Assembly (NCBI RefSeq): GCF_006345805.1
Contig: NW_021835495.1
Span: 1-40,187 of the forward strand
Length of the DNA: 40,187 nt
Origin: Octopus sinensis
Lineage: Eukaryota
Direction: 5' to 3'
Below the pieces are notes generated by a model. It was not told the origin of the DNA and searched no databases. It worked only from the letters and a program-made list of their open reading frames with translations. The translations under genes and the position numbers were made by a program. Below are positions 21,833-34,237 of this stretch, one piece after another. Position 1 is the stretch's first letter. Each line of letters starts with the position of its first letter.

Positions 21833-22380
21833 TAAAATTATAATACCACCACCACCACCTCCATCAACAACAACATTATCATTGCTTTCGCTACCACAAA
21901 CAATACCACTGCTAGTAAAGCCATTATAGCCATAAAAGGAGAACACCATCACCAACAAGAACCAGCATCGTTTCAGCACCGTCGGAGATCCATTATCAAC
22001 ATGATCATCATCACAACTCGAACCACGACCACCACCATCATCATCAAAAACAGCAGCCGTTTCCATTGTAATAGTTTCCAAATCAAAACGGGAATTCCGA
22101 CGTGATTCTCCAGCTAAGTTTGGAATTTCGCTGCAAAGTCACCCTCAACAATTATCCTAAGATGTCTTAAAACGTAAACGATGAATAATAATTTAAGTCT
22201 TAACTATGAAGGGAGGAGAATACTCGGCATAACTCCTTTCTGCGTAATCATCGCAATGGTGTGCTTTTGGAATGTTCGTGTGAGTATACAAAATGAAATT
22301 TTTTTGCCTTCCTTCCTTTTACTGGTCTTAGTCATTGGAATGCGGCGATTGTAGGGTACCGCCTTGCAAGGTTGTTAGAA

Positions 22381-22530
22381 GGACAACGGGTCTTTGAATC
22401 CGGCCAGTGATTTACAGAACTTGCTGCAGTTTCGAATATTCTCAAAAATTCTGACTTCTTGGTTGTTTCGGATAATTCGGACAATTTTGTGCAGTGCACC
22501 CTTCATGGCCTAGATAATCTCGGGCGATTT
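22381..22530. repeat. Family F dispersed repeat, copy 2, next to (TA)n
   Basis: See 21351-21498. Confidence 0.85.
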
Positions 22531-22687
22531 CCACTCAAATATATATATATATATTATATATATATATATATATATAATATATATATATAATATATATATA
22601 TGTATATAATATATATATATTATATATGGGAGAATCTGTTTTGGGTTTGAAACTGTACCTGGATCTCAAAACGTGTAGTCGTTTTAA

Positions 22688-22790
22688 AGGCTATAGTAGA
22701 AGACACTGCCCAAGATACCACGCAGTGGGACTGAACCCGGAACCATGTGGCTGGTTATCAAGCTACTTACCACACATTGCATGCGGGCGT
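22688..22790 (-). mobile_element. SINE family A head fragment
   Basis: GGCTATAGTAGAAGACACTGCCCAAG...GGACTGAACCCGGAACCATGTGG. Confidence 0.8.
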
Positions 22791-22855
22791 ACCAACCTAC
22801 CTACTCATCTATAGGCATAGTTGTGTGGTAAGAATCATCCAAGATCGATAAAATA

Positions 22856-22925
22856 AGTTTCCACAGTGAAAAACAGCTTCTTCAGTCAAATCCAACTGAA
22901 GAAGCGGCTGAATGCTGTGGAAACT
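22856..22925. repeat. 70-nt inverted repeat (31-nt arms: 11 identical + 9 variable + 11 identical; 8-nt spacer)
   Basis: Right arm ACTGAAGAAGC-GGCTGAATG-CTGTGGAAACT; reverse complement of left arm ACTGAAGAAGC-TGTTTTTCA-CTGTGGAAACT. Confidence 0.9.
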
Positions 22926-23123
22926 ACAGTGTAACAAGTTTACGGATCGGCTCAAATATATTCTACACTTTACGTTCGTATTGAGTACTACTTTATTGGA
23001 TGATTATTTAACAACGCAATGGAGGTGCCCCAGCATGGCCACAGCTCGTGAGCTGAAACTAGATAAAATAAAAAATAAAATATATGTGCGTGCATATGTA
23101 TTTAGTATGTATGTATGAATTAG

Positions 23124-23161
<38 letters not shown>

Positions 23162-23397
23162 GTGAGAGAGAGCGTGAATAGGCTTTTCTCTCTTTCTCTT
23201 TTTGTTATCCCCTCTACCTCTCTATTTTTGGCTTTCCCGCTCACTCCCTCCACCTCTGCAGAGTCTCTGTTGGTTTTTTTTTCTGCCCTCACTAAGTTGC
23301 CCCTCCTTCCAACCCGCCGCCACCACCACGACCATCTCCGCCTCCTATCCTTTGGAACCTGATTTCTATCATTGCCTCATACACCGCTGCAACCACC

Positions 23398-23440
<43 letters not shown>

Positions 23441-24429
23441 ACTACACCAGAACCACAGAAATATTCGCTTCGCTGAACCCATCGTCTCGAAACCTTGGGG
23501 GTTAAAAATATCTGCCATGAAAATATTTCACCAGACGGCGTTGTTGACCAGCTTCCGCTGACAATCTCACAATCTAGCAATATTTGCCACAGTTAGAGAA
23601 CCACACACACACACACACACACACACACGCATAGACACACACATGCACGCATTCTGACATTGATGCAAGCTCTAGGCGTACACGAACTCACACGAGTGTA
23701 TAAATGTACACACCAGGAATCTAAATATATGCATAGAATAACTCAAAAATTTATACACGGCTAAGAGCATGTATACACACACACATACACACACACACAC
23801 TCTCTCTCTCTCACACACATACACGCGCACACACAAACATGCATGTATATTTTATTTGCATATATTCATGTGTAGGCATATCTCTATGTGCATGCATGCA
23901 CCACACACACACACACATATATATATGCATATATATATTATATATTAATAATAATAAAAAAATAAAAGAATGAGACCTCGATATTATGTAAATAGAGGAA
24001 GTGTCCCATACTATATATATATTATATATATATATATATATATAATAATAATATAATAGTAATAATAATAAGATAACAAAAGAATGAGACCTCGATATTA
24101 TGTAGAGGAATTGCCCCACACACACACACCACATATATATATATATATATATATATTTGTGCGTGTGAGTGTGTGTATGTATATATAATAGATAGATATA
24201 TATATATATATGTGTGTGTGTGAGTGTCTGTTTCTGTGTGTGCCTGTATGCATGTCTGAGAGAGATGGAGGGAGAGAGAGAGAGAGAGAGAGAGAATCGG
24301 CAAAAAATATATTCGCAAAACACAAATCAAAATGCGTTTCGATGCATTGTCCCTCAATAAATAATATTGCATTCCCTCATTTGAAAATCCAGCAACACAC
24401 ACACATAAACATGCATATATATATATTAT

Positions 24430-24461
<32 letters not shown>

Positions 24462-24769
24462 ATACATACATACACACACTCACACGCACATACACTTATA
24501 TACACTTATCTATATATTTATGTCTATAATTACATGCGTAGAAGTTCTTTCCTACTCACTCCCTCCCATAAAATACCAGTAATTATACCCTGCATTCTAT
24601 GAATTGTTCGAGTAACAATAGAAAAGTCAGACCCCTAATAATACTCCCTGTTCAATTTCGGTTTAAATCTGGCCCTTATTTTTATGCCAATCTCTGTTCA
24701 ACGCAGAAATACAAAAATAAAACATATTTGCTATTGTATTTGTACTTTTTTTGCACGTTTTCTTTTTAT

Positions 24770-25770
24770 GGATATATATGTGTAGGCGTGTGTATGTTAG
24801 TGTATTTATTCATTGTGTGTGTATGTGTGTGCGTATTCATAATGTGTGCTATATGTGCAAGGTGCTTGAAAGTGTATCCACGTTGTGTATATGTGCATGT
24901 ATGTATGCGTATATAATTATATATGTGCATACCTGTGCGTGCACATAAATGCATGTGTGTGAATGTGTGTATGTATTTGTGTATGTGTGTATGCACATGA
25001 ATATGCGTGTATATATGTGTATATAGATCTGTATATGTGCCTATGTATATCTATATATACGTGTATATGTATGTGTATGTATACGTATATAATTATACAT
25101 ATGCATGTGTGTGTGTGCACATAAATGCATGTGTGTATGTATTTGTGTATGTACATGAATATTCATGTATATGTGTATATAGATGTGTTTATGCACTTCG
25201 GTATATGTATATAAATGCGTATGTATGTGTATGTATACGTATATAAATATGAGCATACGTGTGTGTGTACATATAAATGTATGTGTGTGAGTGTGTGTAT
25301 GTATTTGTGTATACGTGTATGCACATGAAATTGCGTGTATATATGTGGATATACGTGCGTATGAATATGTGTGTGTATATATGCGTGTGAACGTGTATGT
25401 GTGTGTGTGTGTATGTATTTGAGATATACGAATGCGTGTGGCGTACGATATTGGCATATTCGTCTATGTGTGTGTGTATGTGTGTGTGTATGTAAGCATT
25501 TGTACACGTCTGTGTGTCACAGTGTGGTCTGTGTGTGCGCATGTAGCTGTGTGTGTATGTGTGCGTGCGTGCGTATGTATGTGTATAACGTACGAGTGCG
25601 TCATTATATTTGTATGTCCATGGTGTATGCGTGTGTCCGTATCTGTGTGTATTTGTATTCGTCTGTGTGTCACGGCCTGTCTTTGTATGTGTATGTACAT
25701 ATATATTATATATATATGTGTGTGTGTGTTGTGTGTTCGTATAAGTGTGTTCGCGTATGTGTGTGTGTTA
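24770..25770. repeat. TG/TA-rich array with a ~170-bp higher-order unit repeated about 3 times
   Basis: GCACATAAATGCATGTGTGT...GTATTTGTGTAT...CACATGAA recurs near 24938, 25116 and 25268. Confidence 0.7.
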
Positions 25771-26039
25771 TATTACCATTTTCATTAATTTCATGTTACG
25801 AATGATTGATACTTTATTACACTGTTGTTGTTGTTGTTATTATTATTGACGTTTTTTTTCTCTTTTCTATTTTTATTTATTTATTTATTTATTTATTCAT
25901 TTATTTATTTATTTATTTATTCATTTATTTATTTATTTATTGCTCCAACCGTTATGGACGATTCCGCTACCAGGAGAGTTGTTACTGAGTTTATCGAAAT
26001 ACACAAAGCATCTCCAAAGAATAAAAGAAGAAACAGCAG

Positions 26040-26600
26040 CATCCGAATCTCCGGCATCACTACCACCAGCGCCACCTGCAGCAATAGCAGTAACACCACA
26101 GCAGTCCACCACTACCTCTACCATCAACAACTCCAACACCAATTCCAGCAGTACCACCACAACTACCACCACCACCACAGCCTCTACCACCATTACAACT
26201 TTTACCGTAACCAGCAGCAACAGCAGCAGCAACACCTCCACCACCACCACCACCACCGCCACAGATTAGAATTATCATCGCAACACTGTCACCGCCGCCA
26301 CCCCCCACCATTGCTGTCACTACCATTCTAACATTGCCACCGAATCAATGACGACCTGACCATCCCCACTATTATGGAACCGTCGCCCCTTACCATTCTA
26401 CGAGCACCAATGCCATCACTATGGCGGCGGAAGCAACGACGACGACCGCCACCACCACGAATATCATACCAGCCTGCCATCACCAACTAGGCTACCACCA
26501 AACACCACCAGCATCAAAATCATCATAATCTCCATCATCATAAAGATCATCATAATCCTCATCAAAATAATGATGATGATGATAATCATCATCAAGATCA
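26040..26600. repeat. (ACC)/(AGC)/(ATC) low-complexity block; the distal (ATC)n may be the tail of the adjacent RTE
   Basis: Directly visible. Confidence 0.75.
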
Positions 26601-27690
26601 TGAACAACTACGACCCGGAGCCAGCACGACACCATGTAGTCGGCCATGAGATGATCGGTGTTTTAGGAATGCGTAGATGGCTCGTCAGACTCAATCCGAT
26701 CACGGAGCGTGTCTTTGGCAGTGCCAACGAGGAAATGCTGGCGGCACTGGCAAATCTGAAGTTATTTTCCTTTCCTGTCTGCCAGTCACTTTGTTGACCC
26801 CACATATCATGGATCCCATACAAACTGCTACGCACCGTTCTCCTCTATCCAACGTTGTCTTTCACCATTCTTTACGGCTGATGTTGAAGACCTCACCTGA
26901 AGCTTTCTATGTATCCTTCCAACAATTTCTCTCGTACCCTCGAGATTTTTAATGTACTGAAGTTCGTTGTAAGAACGATTTCTTAGGGAAACCGGTGGTC
27001 TGGTATCCAAACCACGTGACATGGTCAGCACAAGTATGACTGAATTAGGATCGTGCAGATGTTTTGGGAGTTCAGCATGAAAGTTCCTCTCTGTCAGAAG
27101 TCCTGTTTTGTAACTTTGTGCCAAAAATTTATCTGAGGCCGATGGTATGGGCAGAGTTCAATTTCTTTCAATGCGTATTTGTGTGTCTGTTTATCCCTCC
27201 AACATCGCTTGACAACCGATGCTGGTGTGTTTACGTCCCCGTAACTTAGCAGTTCGGCAAAAGACACCGATAGAATAAGTACTAGGCTTTCAAAGAATAA
27301 GTTCTGGTGTCGATTTGCTCGACTAAAGGCGGTGCTCCAACATGGTCGCAGTCAAATGACTGAAACAAAAGAATAAAAGAATTTCCTAAAATATTTTTAT
27401 TGTAAAGGAAGAACAATATCCCGAGGTATATTGACTGCCGGGGGATTTTGTCCAGGAGTGGGGGGGGGAAGGATTTTGTTCAAAGGGGATTTTGTCCTAG
27501 TACCGTAAAGTAGCGAAGCTAAAATTACATCCCAGTGCACTTTGATCTGTGTTTCAGGTATGATACACACTGTTTCACACGTTCGTTTGGAGTCTGCTGA
27601 ATGCAGCACCGGCCTAAGTCTGGCATTCTGTTTGTCATCAATTATGACAGCACGGAAGATTATGCTTGCCATCCATCCACGCATAAATAT
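26600..27690 (-). mobile_element. RTE-clade LINE 3' remnant, interrupted near LLYG by a SINE tail and another insert
   Basis: Minus-strand pieces translate to IIDDKQNARL, PETQIKVHWDVILASLLYG, ICTILIQS...CHVVWIPDHRFP, WHCQRH and IGLSLTSHLRI. These match RTE motifs DDEVNARI, TKIKVYxAVVLxTLLYG, GHVVRMPDHRLP and IGLxSHLR. Confidence 0.8.
27180..27382 (+). mobile_element. SINE family A 3' half nested in the RTE remnant
   Basis: CATCGCTTGACAACCGATGCTGGTGTGTTTACGTCCCCG...GCAGTCAAATGACTGAAAC. Confidence 0.9.
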
Positions 27691-28225
27691 AGTTTCTTAT
27701 TTTTCAAATAGCATTTTAAAGTAGAAAGCTAGGTGACATCGATATTAAAATCCATTATTTTGCTACTTCTGACTCTACTAAAAACCATTGCTTCCTGTAT
27801 CTAAAGTTAACCAAACTAGCAATAACCTAAATGCAAGTAACTCCAAAGATACCGACCCAAACATTTGTAGTCCAGTTTAACAAAATTAATTCATTGGCCT
27901 TATCGCTAACAGTTGTAAGGTAGGTTTCAAGCAACACACGCATTAATTTCGAAATCCCATTAAAAGCAATCTCATATCTCTCTCCATTCGAAAGATACGA
28001 ACAAACTGTACAATTTAAAATGGATAATCCGATCTAATGCTAAATCTGATAGACGCTAAGAAATTTTCTCTGCAATGGTACCCATTCGCTCAACAGGTAT
28101 TCAAAAATAATTGTCTCCTACTAGCATAAAATATTTAAGGAAATACAAAATGTTCCAAAATTTCTCTCTCTCTCTCTCTCACACACACACATACACACAC
28201 ACATATATATATATATATATAAATG

Positions 28226-28457
28226 CAGTGTACATTTAAACACATTAAGAGGTATCCATCATAGGACTCCCTTACGCTAGAAGGAATAGCTATAGTCCAA
28301 ACCACTAATTAGGGATAAATTCTCGAAGGGAATAAAAAATACAAACATTTACCATCTATTTCCCGAACCATGGTTTCAGACGTTTTTTTAGCAAATAAAA
28401 TAATTTGCCAGGCGAGTCCTATGATGGAAACCTCTTAATGTGTTTAAATGTACACTG
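28226..28457. mobile_element. 232-bp Tc1/mariner-like MITE with 44-bp TIRs
   Basis: CAGTGTACATTTAAACACATTAAGAGGT(A/T)TCCATCATAGGACTC at both ends (1 mismatch); TA on the right flank, TG on the left. Confidence 0.85.
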
Positions 28458-28600
28458 TATTTTATATGAATAATATATAGTCCCTTGACTAATTTTTCTA
28501 TACGCTAGGAAATCTTTACTACCAATGGGTAGTAAAAATTTCTCAATCTTTATTACCCTGATATTAATTATATATATATATATCTATATATATATATATA

Positions 28601-29389
28601 GGTTTGGTAGAAAAAAATAGAGCTCAAAGCATAAGTGTATGTTTTAGAATTAATCGGCAGAAGTCACTAGGTGACTCAACTTCCGGGAGTTTCATGCGTT
28701 GGACTTATTAGATTGCTTTCAAATTATGGGAATAACAACTATATAAGCCGGTCATAAAGCTAATTCTCTTGATTGCTCTAGAATAAATTATAAAGACAAT
28801 TACACGAGAATGTGGACAATGTGTGTGCGTACATACATTATGTGTATCGCTTACACACGTTTAACACTTGTCCATCTCGTTTTGTGCCCAATGCCTTCTT
28901 TATTTATATATATATAAAATTTACCGATGGGCGTTTGTCCTGTCCCATCAATGTAAACGTGTTTGTGTGTATATTTGTACGTTTGTGTGTTTGTAGTGTA
29001 AGATAATCGGTGTGTACAGAGTATACATTAACAGATACAATTATATAGATCCAATGCGTATAAACAAGGGATGTAAGAAGTAAACACGAAGTGATGACAA
29101 ATACAGGCGAAAAACAAGAAAGAAAAAAAATGGCCGATATTGTAACTGGAGTCTTTTCAAATACGTATGTGCGCATGCTTGAACACGCATATGTATAAAC
29201 ACTCGGAGGGATTTATACATGCTCACTCATATATATATACGCTTATGTTGCATTTATACGATTACACACACAACTGTCAAATAAACACATAGAAGGTAAA
29301 CACATTCATAGTTATATACATACATACATACGTACGTACATAAATACATACGCCCGTCCGTTCGCATATACATACATACATGCATACGA

Positions 29390-29427
<38 letters not shown>

Positions 29428-30282
29428 TATATATATATTATATATATTATATGTTTTGGTAGAAAAAAAAAAATAGAGCTCAAAGCATAAGTGTATGTTT
29501 TAGAATTAATCGGCAGAAGTCACTAGGTGATTCTCAACTTCCGGGAGTTTCATGCGTTGGACTTATTGATTGCTTTCAAATTATGGGAATAACAACTATA
29601 TAAGCGGGTCATAAGCTAATTCTCTTGATTGCTTCTAGAATAAATTATAAAGACATTACACGAGAATGTGGACCAATGTGTGTGCGTACATACATTATGT
29701 GTATCGCTTACACACGTTTAACACTTGTCCATCTCGTTTTGTGCCCCAATCCTTATTTATATTATATAAAATTACCGATGGGGTTTGTCCTGTCCCATCA
29801 ATGTAAACGTGTTTGTGTGTATATTTGTACGTTTGTGTGTTTGTAGTGTAAGATAATCGGTGTGTGTACAGAGTATACATTAACAGATACAATTATATAG
29901 ATCCAATGCGTATAAACAAGGGATGTAAGGACAGTAAAACGAAAAACAAACGAGTGATGACAAATACAGGCGAAAAAAAAAACCGAAAGAAAAAAAAATG
30001 GCCGATATTGTAAACTGGAGAGTATTTTCAAATACGTGTATGTGCGCATGCTTGAACACGCATATGTATAAACACCGGAGGCTCGGAGGGGATTATACAT
30101 GTGCTCACTCATATATATATACGCTTATGTTTGCCATTTATACGATTACACAACACAACTGTCAAATAACACATAGAAGGTAAACACATTCATGTTATAT
30201 ACATACATACATACGTACGTACATAATAACATACGCCCGTCCGTTCGCATTACATACATACATACATACCTACATACGAGTA
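28601..30282. repeat. Tandem duplication, two ~800-bp copies (period about 852 bp) separated by (TA)n
   Basis: 28601-29392 and 29453-30282 are co-linear throughout; most differences are 1-2 bp indels. Confidence 0.95.
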
Positions 30283-30312
30283 TTATAATATATATCTATA
30301 TATAGATATAGA

Positions 30313-30352
<40 letters not shown>

Positions 30353-31049
30353 GCACCACATAACAAACATCTACTCAAATACACGCAAATATTTTCATTT
30401 TACATACGACATCACACACGGCCCTCAACCGAATATACACATGCAGATATACAAAACTAGACAAATTTACATATGCATGCGCATGCATATATATATATAC
30501 ACAGCATCATAACCATACATCCTTGAAACGAATATAGATACAAGTACCCGTATGTACACACACACACATATATATATACGCGCGCACAAATATATACATC
30601 ACATTATCATACGTACGACCATTAAGGCAATACAGACGGAATACATAGGCATATACGCATATACACGAGGGTGTATAAACTTCAGCAAAAACGGCCATCC
30701 ACTCATACAGAGGTACTTATACGCATATGCTTACACTTATACATCAACACATGACCATCCAGCGAATATACGCGTACACCCAGACACGTATCCATAGTTA
30801 CTGCGCCACAACTCATGCCCACATACCGATCCACATTATATATACACTTAACTGTATGCACTTAACTGTATACACCCATATCTATCCATCCATCTATCTA
30901 TCTCTCTATCTGCCTATCCATACATCCATTGATCTTGATAGGCGCAGGCGTGGCTGTATGGTAAGAAGTTTGTTTCATACCCACATGGAAGACAGAGGAA
31001 AAAAGATCGCCAACGGTACACACGCAGTCACATTATAAATATATGTATG

Positions 31050-32336
31050 TCAGGTCATCCCATACGTTCTGTCCGATTTTACCATTTCTAAAATTGAATG
31101 AAATTTAATAGTATTTTAGAATGTCTAATGGAATTAAAAATTATTTTTATGCATTTGTGTAAATTTAAGCTAATTAAATATTATTTTACAGAATAATAGA
31201 ATTACAATTTCTTTGATTAAAACCCTTTCTAACATGGAAGTATCCAAAGAGCATTTGAGAGACACAATGCTTTATGAGTACAAAGAAGGAAACTCTGCAG
31301 CCGAAGCGACTCGAAACATACACTCAGTTTATGGGAAATTTATGTTTGAATGAAAGAACTTGCAGAAGATGTTATGCAAAATCCAGAAATGGAGATTTTA
31401 GCCTTGAAGATGAAGATCGAACAGGACGTCCAGTTGAGTTTGATGATAAGCTCCTTGAGGCATTACTTGAAGAAAATCTTGCATTATCAGTTGAAGAATT
31501 GGCAATGAAGCTTAGTTCAAACCATACAACTGTTCATCATCATCTGTAACAACTTGGAAAGATTCCTATACTTGGAAAATGGGTGCCTCATGAATTTTCT
31601 GAAAGCAACTGCAAATCCCGAGTTGACATCTGCTCTTCTCTCCATTCTCGCGAACTCATTTCACCCTTCTTGAAAAGATTTGTGACTGATGACGAAAAAT
31701 GGATCTTCTATCGAAATGTTAAATGTCGAAAACAGTGGCTTGCTAAAAGGGAAGAAGCTCAACCACAACCGAGAAGGGAACTTCATGTGAAAAAGGTTCT
31801 CTCTATCTGGTGGGATTGCAAAGGAGTAATGCACTTTGAATTGTTACCACCTAATGCAACAATCAACACTGAAGTCTACTGTCAGCAATTAGAGCGTTTG
31901 AACTAATCTTTGAAGAAAAAAAGAGACGCTCTTTAGTGAATCGAAAAGGAGTGATGTTTCATCAGGACAATGCACGACCCTACACTACAAAGATTACATC
32001 ACAGAAGATCGAGGGGCTTAGTTGGGAAAAAATTCCTCATCCACCTTATTCTCCCGACCTTGCTCCTTTAGACTACCATTTGTTTCGTAGTTCACACAAT
32101 CATTTGGAGAACATAACTTTCGTAAGCCAGGAGGAGGTCGAAACTGACATTTCAGAGTTCCTCATTTTGGAACCAAAAGAGTTTTACATCGATGGGATTA
32201 AAACTCTTGTAAATAGATGGAAGAAAGTCATAGATAATCAGGGAGAGTACATTGATGATTAAATTTCAATTAAATATAACATTTGACCACTTGTTTTCTT
32301 TATTCAAAATTCGAACAGAACTTATAGGATGAACTG

Positions 32337-32337
<1 letters not shown>
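31050..32337 (+). mobile_element. Full-length mariner (Tc1/mariner, DD34D) DNA transposon, 1288 bp, inactive
   Basis: TIR TCAGGTCATCCCATACGTTCTGTCCGA versus reverse complement of the right end TCAGTTCATCCTATAAGTTCTGTTCGA (4 mismatches in 27). TA on the right flank. Length is typical of mariners. Confidence 0.95.
31234..32262 (+). pseudogene. Mariner transposase pseudogene
   Basis: MEVSKEHLR start; WVPHE, VTDDEKW, HQDNARP and HPPYSPDLAPLDYHLF motifs, with 34 residues between the last two catalytic D. Frameshifts near 31345 and 31922; TAA stops at 31547 and 31904. Confidence 0.95.
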
Positions 32338-32367
<30 letters not shown>

Positions 32368-32397
32368 ATATATATAATATATATATATATATTACTG

Positions 32398-32767
32398 CGG
32401 CACTCCGTCGGTTACGACGACGAGGGTTCCAGTTGATCCAATCAACGGAACAGCCAGCTCGTGAAATTAACGTACATTCCTCAGACACGTGTACCGGTAA
32501 CGTAGTTCTTGGGGAGATACAGTGTGACACAGGGTGTGACAAAGCTGGCCCTTTGAAATACAAGTACAACAGAAACGGAAAAAAAGAGTGAGAGGAAGTT
32601 GTGGTGAAAGAGTACAGCAGGGTTTGCCACCACTCCCTGCTGGAGGTTCGTAGAGCTTTAAGTGTTTTCACTCAATAAGCACTCACAACGCCCGGTTTGG
32701 GAATCGAAACTGCGATCCTATGACCGCGAGTCCGTTGCCCCTAACCACTGGGCCATTGTGCCCCCAC
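32398..32767 (-). mobile_element. Full-length SINE family D
   Basis: Reverse complement is co-linear with 15881-16263. Confidence 0.9.
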
Positions 32768-32769
<2 letters not shown>

Positions 32770-32798
<29 letters not shown>

Positions 32799-33018
32799 CG
32801 TGCGTGCGTATGTTTGTCTCCCACCACCGCTTCATAACCGGTATTGGCTTGCTTAAGTCTCTGTAACCTAGCGGTTCAGCAAAAGAGACCGATGGAATAA
32901 GTACCAGGCTTAGAAAAGAAAATAAGTACTAGAATCTATTCGTTCGTCTAAAACCCTTTGAGAAAGTGCCCCAGCACGGCCGTGATATAACGACTGAAGC
33001 AAGTAAGAGATAAAAGAT
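32770..33018 (+). mobile_element. SINE family A 3' half starting at (TG)n
   Basis: GTAACCTAGCGGTTCAGCAAAAGAGACCGAT...GTGCCCCAGCACGGCC. Confidence 0.75.
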
Positions 33019-33381
33019 AGAGCCATCTTAACGTTATTAAAAAGCCCCGGGCAAATCAATGCACTGTAACCTTATTTTCTAATGAAAAGCTACATCATAC
33101 ACAGACCAGAATCGGGTCCCAAGACCTGTGAAGGCCCCGGGCGGCAGCAGAGTTTAGCCATTCCATAAGACAGCACTTTAATCTATTTATCTATCGATCT
33201 ATCTACCAACATATACAGATATATATTTATACACACACACACACACACGCATATATATATATACTGTCCTCAGCCGAATACATACAAAATCATATAATAT
33301 CACACAACAAGCATATCGTCCCACAAATATTTCTACACACACACACACACACAACAAGCATATCGTCCCACAAATACTTCT

Positions 33382-33430
<49 letters not shown>

Positions 33431-34178
33431 AACATAGTCATATATACACGCACCATATACGGAGATATTTACATACATTCCAATACTAAAACCTCCCAAA
33501 ACATGATCAGCGAACGAACTCACAGCATCACAAACTAACACACACATCGAAACAGGAATAAACACATAAGACACACACACAACCAAAGACACACACATAC
33601 ACACACTCAAATTACATACATTCTACTCACAAATAAGTACATATAATGTTTGCAGTTAGACGTTTGTCTGATAGAAATAGTTACACAAACATTAATGACG
33701 ATCGCTAAAATAAGAACGACAAATAAAGATGGCCGAGCATGTATGCTTAAAGGACGTGTCAACACAAAACTTTATTATAATGAGCGTTCATTCCTTCACA
33801 CGTCCTCCATAACACACACACACGCGGTGAATATGTGAGGCCTCCTGACTGCGCAATACTTGTGTAAGTTTGTTTGTTTTTGTTTTTTCACACACAGGCA
33901 AACGGCGCAACGCTTCTTCCTCGGTCGTCCATTGTTGTCTTTTAGCTGATATCGTTGCCTCCCCATAGTTGTATATAAACACAAATATCGTGTTAGGCAT
34001 TATTACTGTGGTATAAATTATTATTGCCTTAACATACAAAAATCATATATAAGAATATAAACAAATAAAGAAAGCAATAAATAAGAAAGAAATGAAGAAA
34101 AATAAGTTGCAAATACAATAATACAGATAACATGATTTGTTGCCACTTCTAAATATAGATATATCTGTAACAATGCTT

Positions 34179-34237
<59 letters not shown>

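Noticed and set aside
30471-30490. Perfect 20-bp palindrome ATATGCATGCGCATGCATAT
   Set aside because: Palindromes arise trivially in alternating purine-pyrimidine sequence.
31274-32262. Three separate track ORFs as SETMAR or a domesticated gene
   Set aside because: They are fragments of one transposase inside TIRs; there is no SET domain and the frame is broken by stops.
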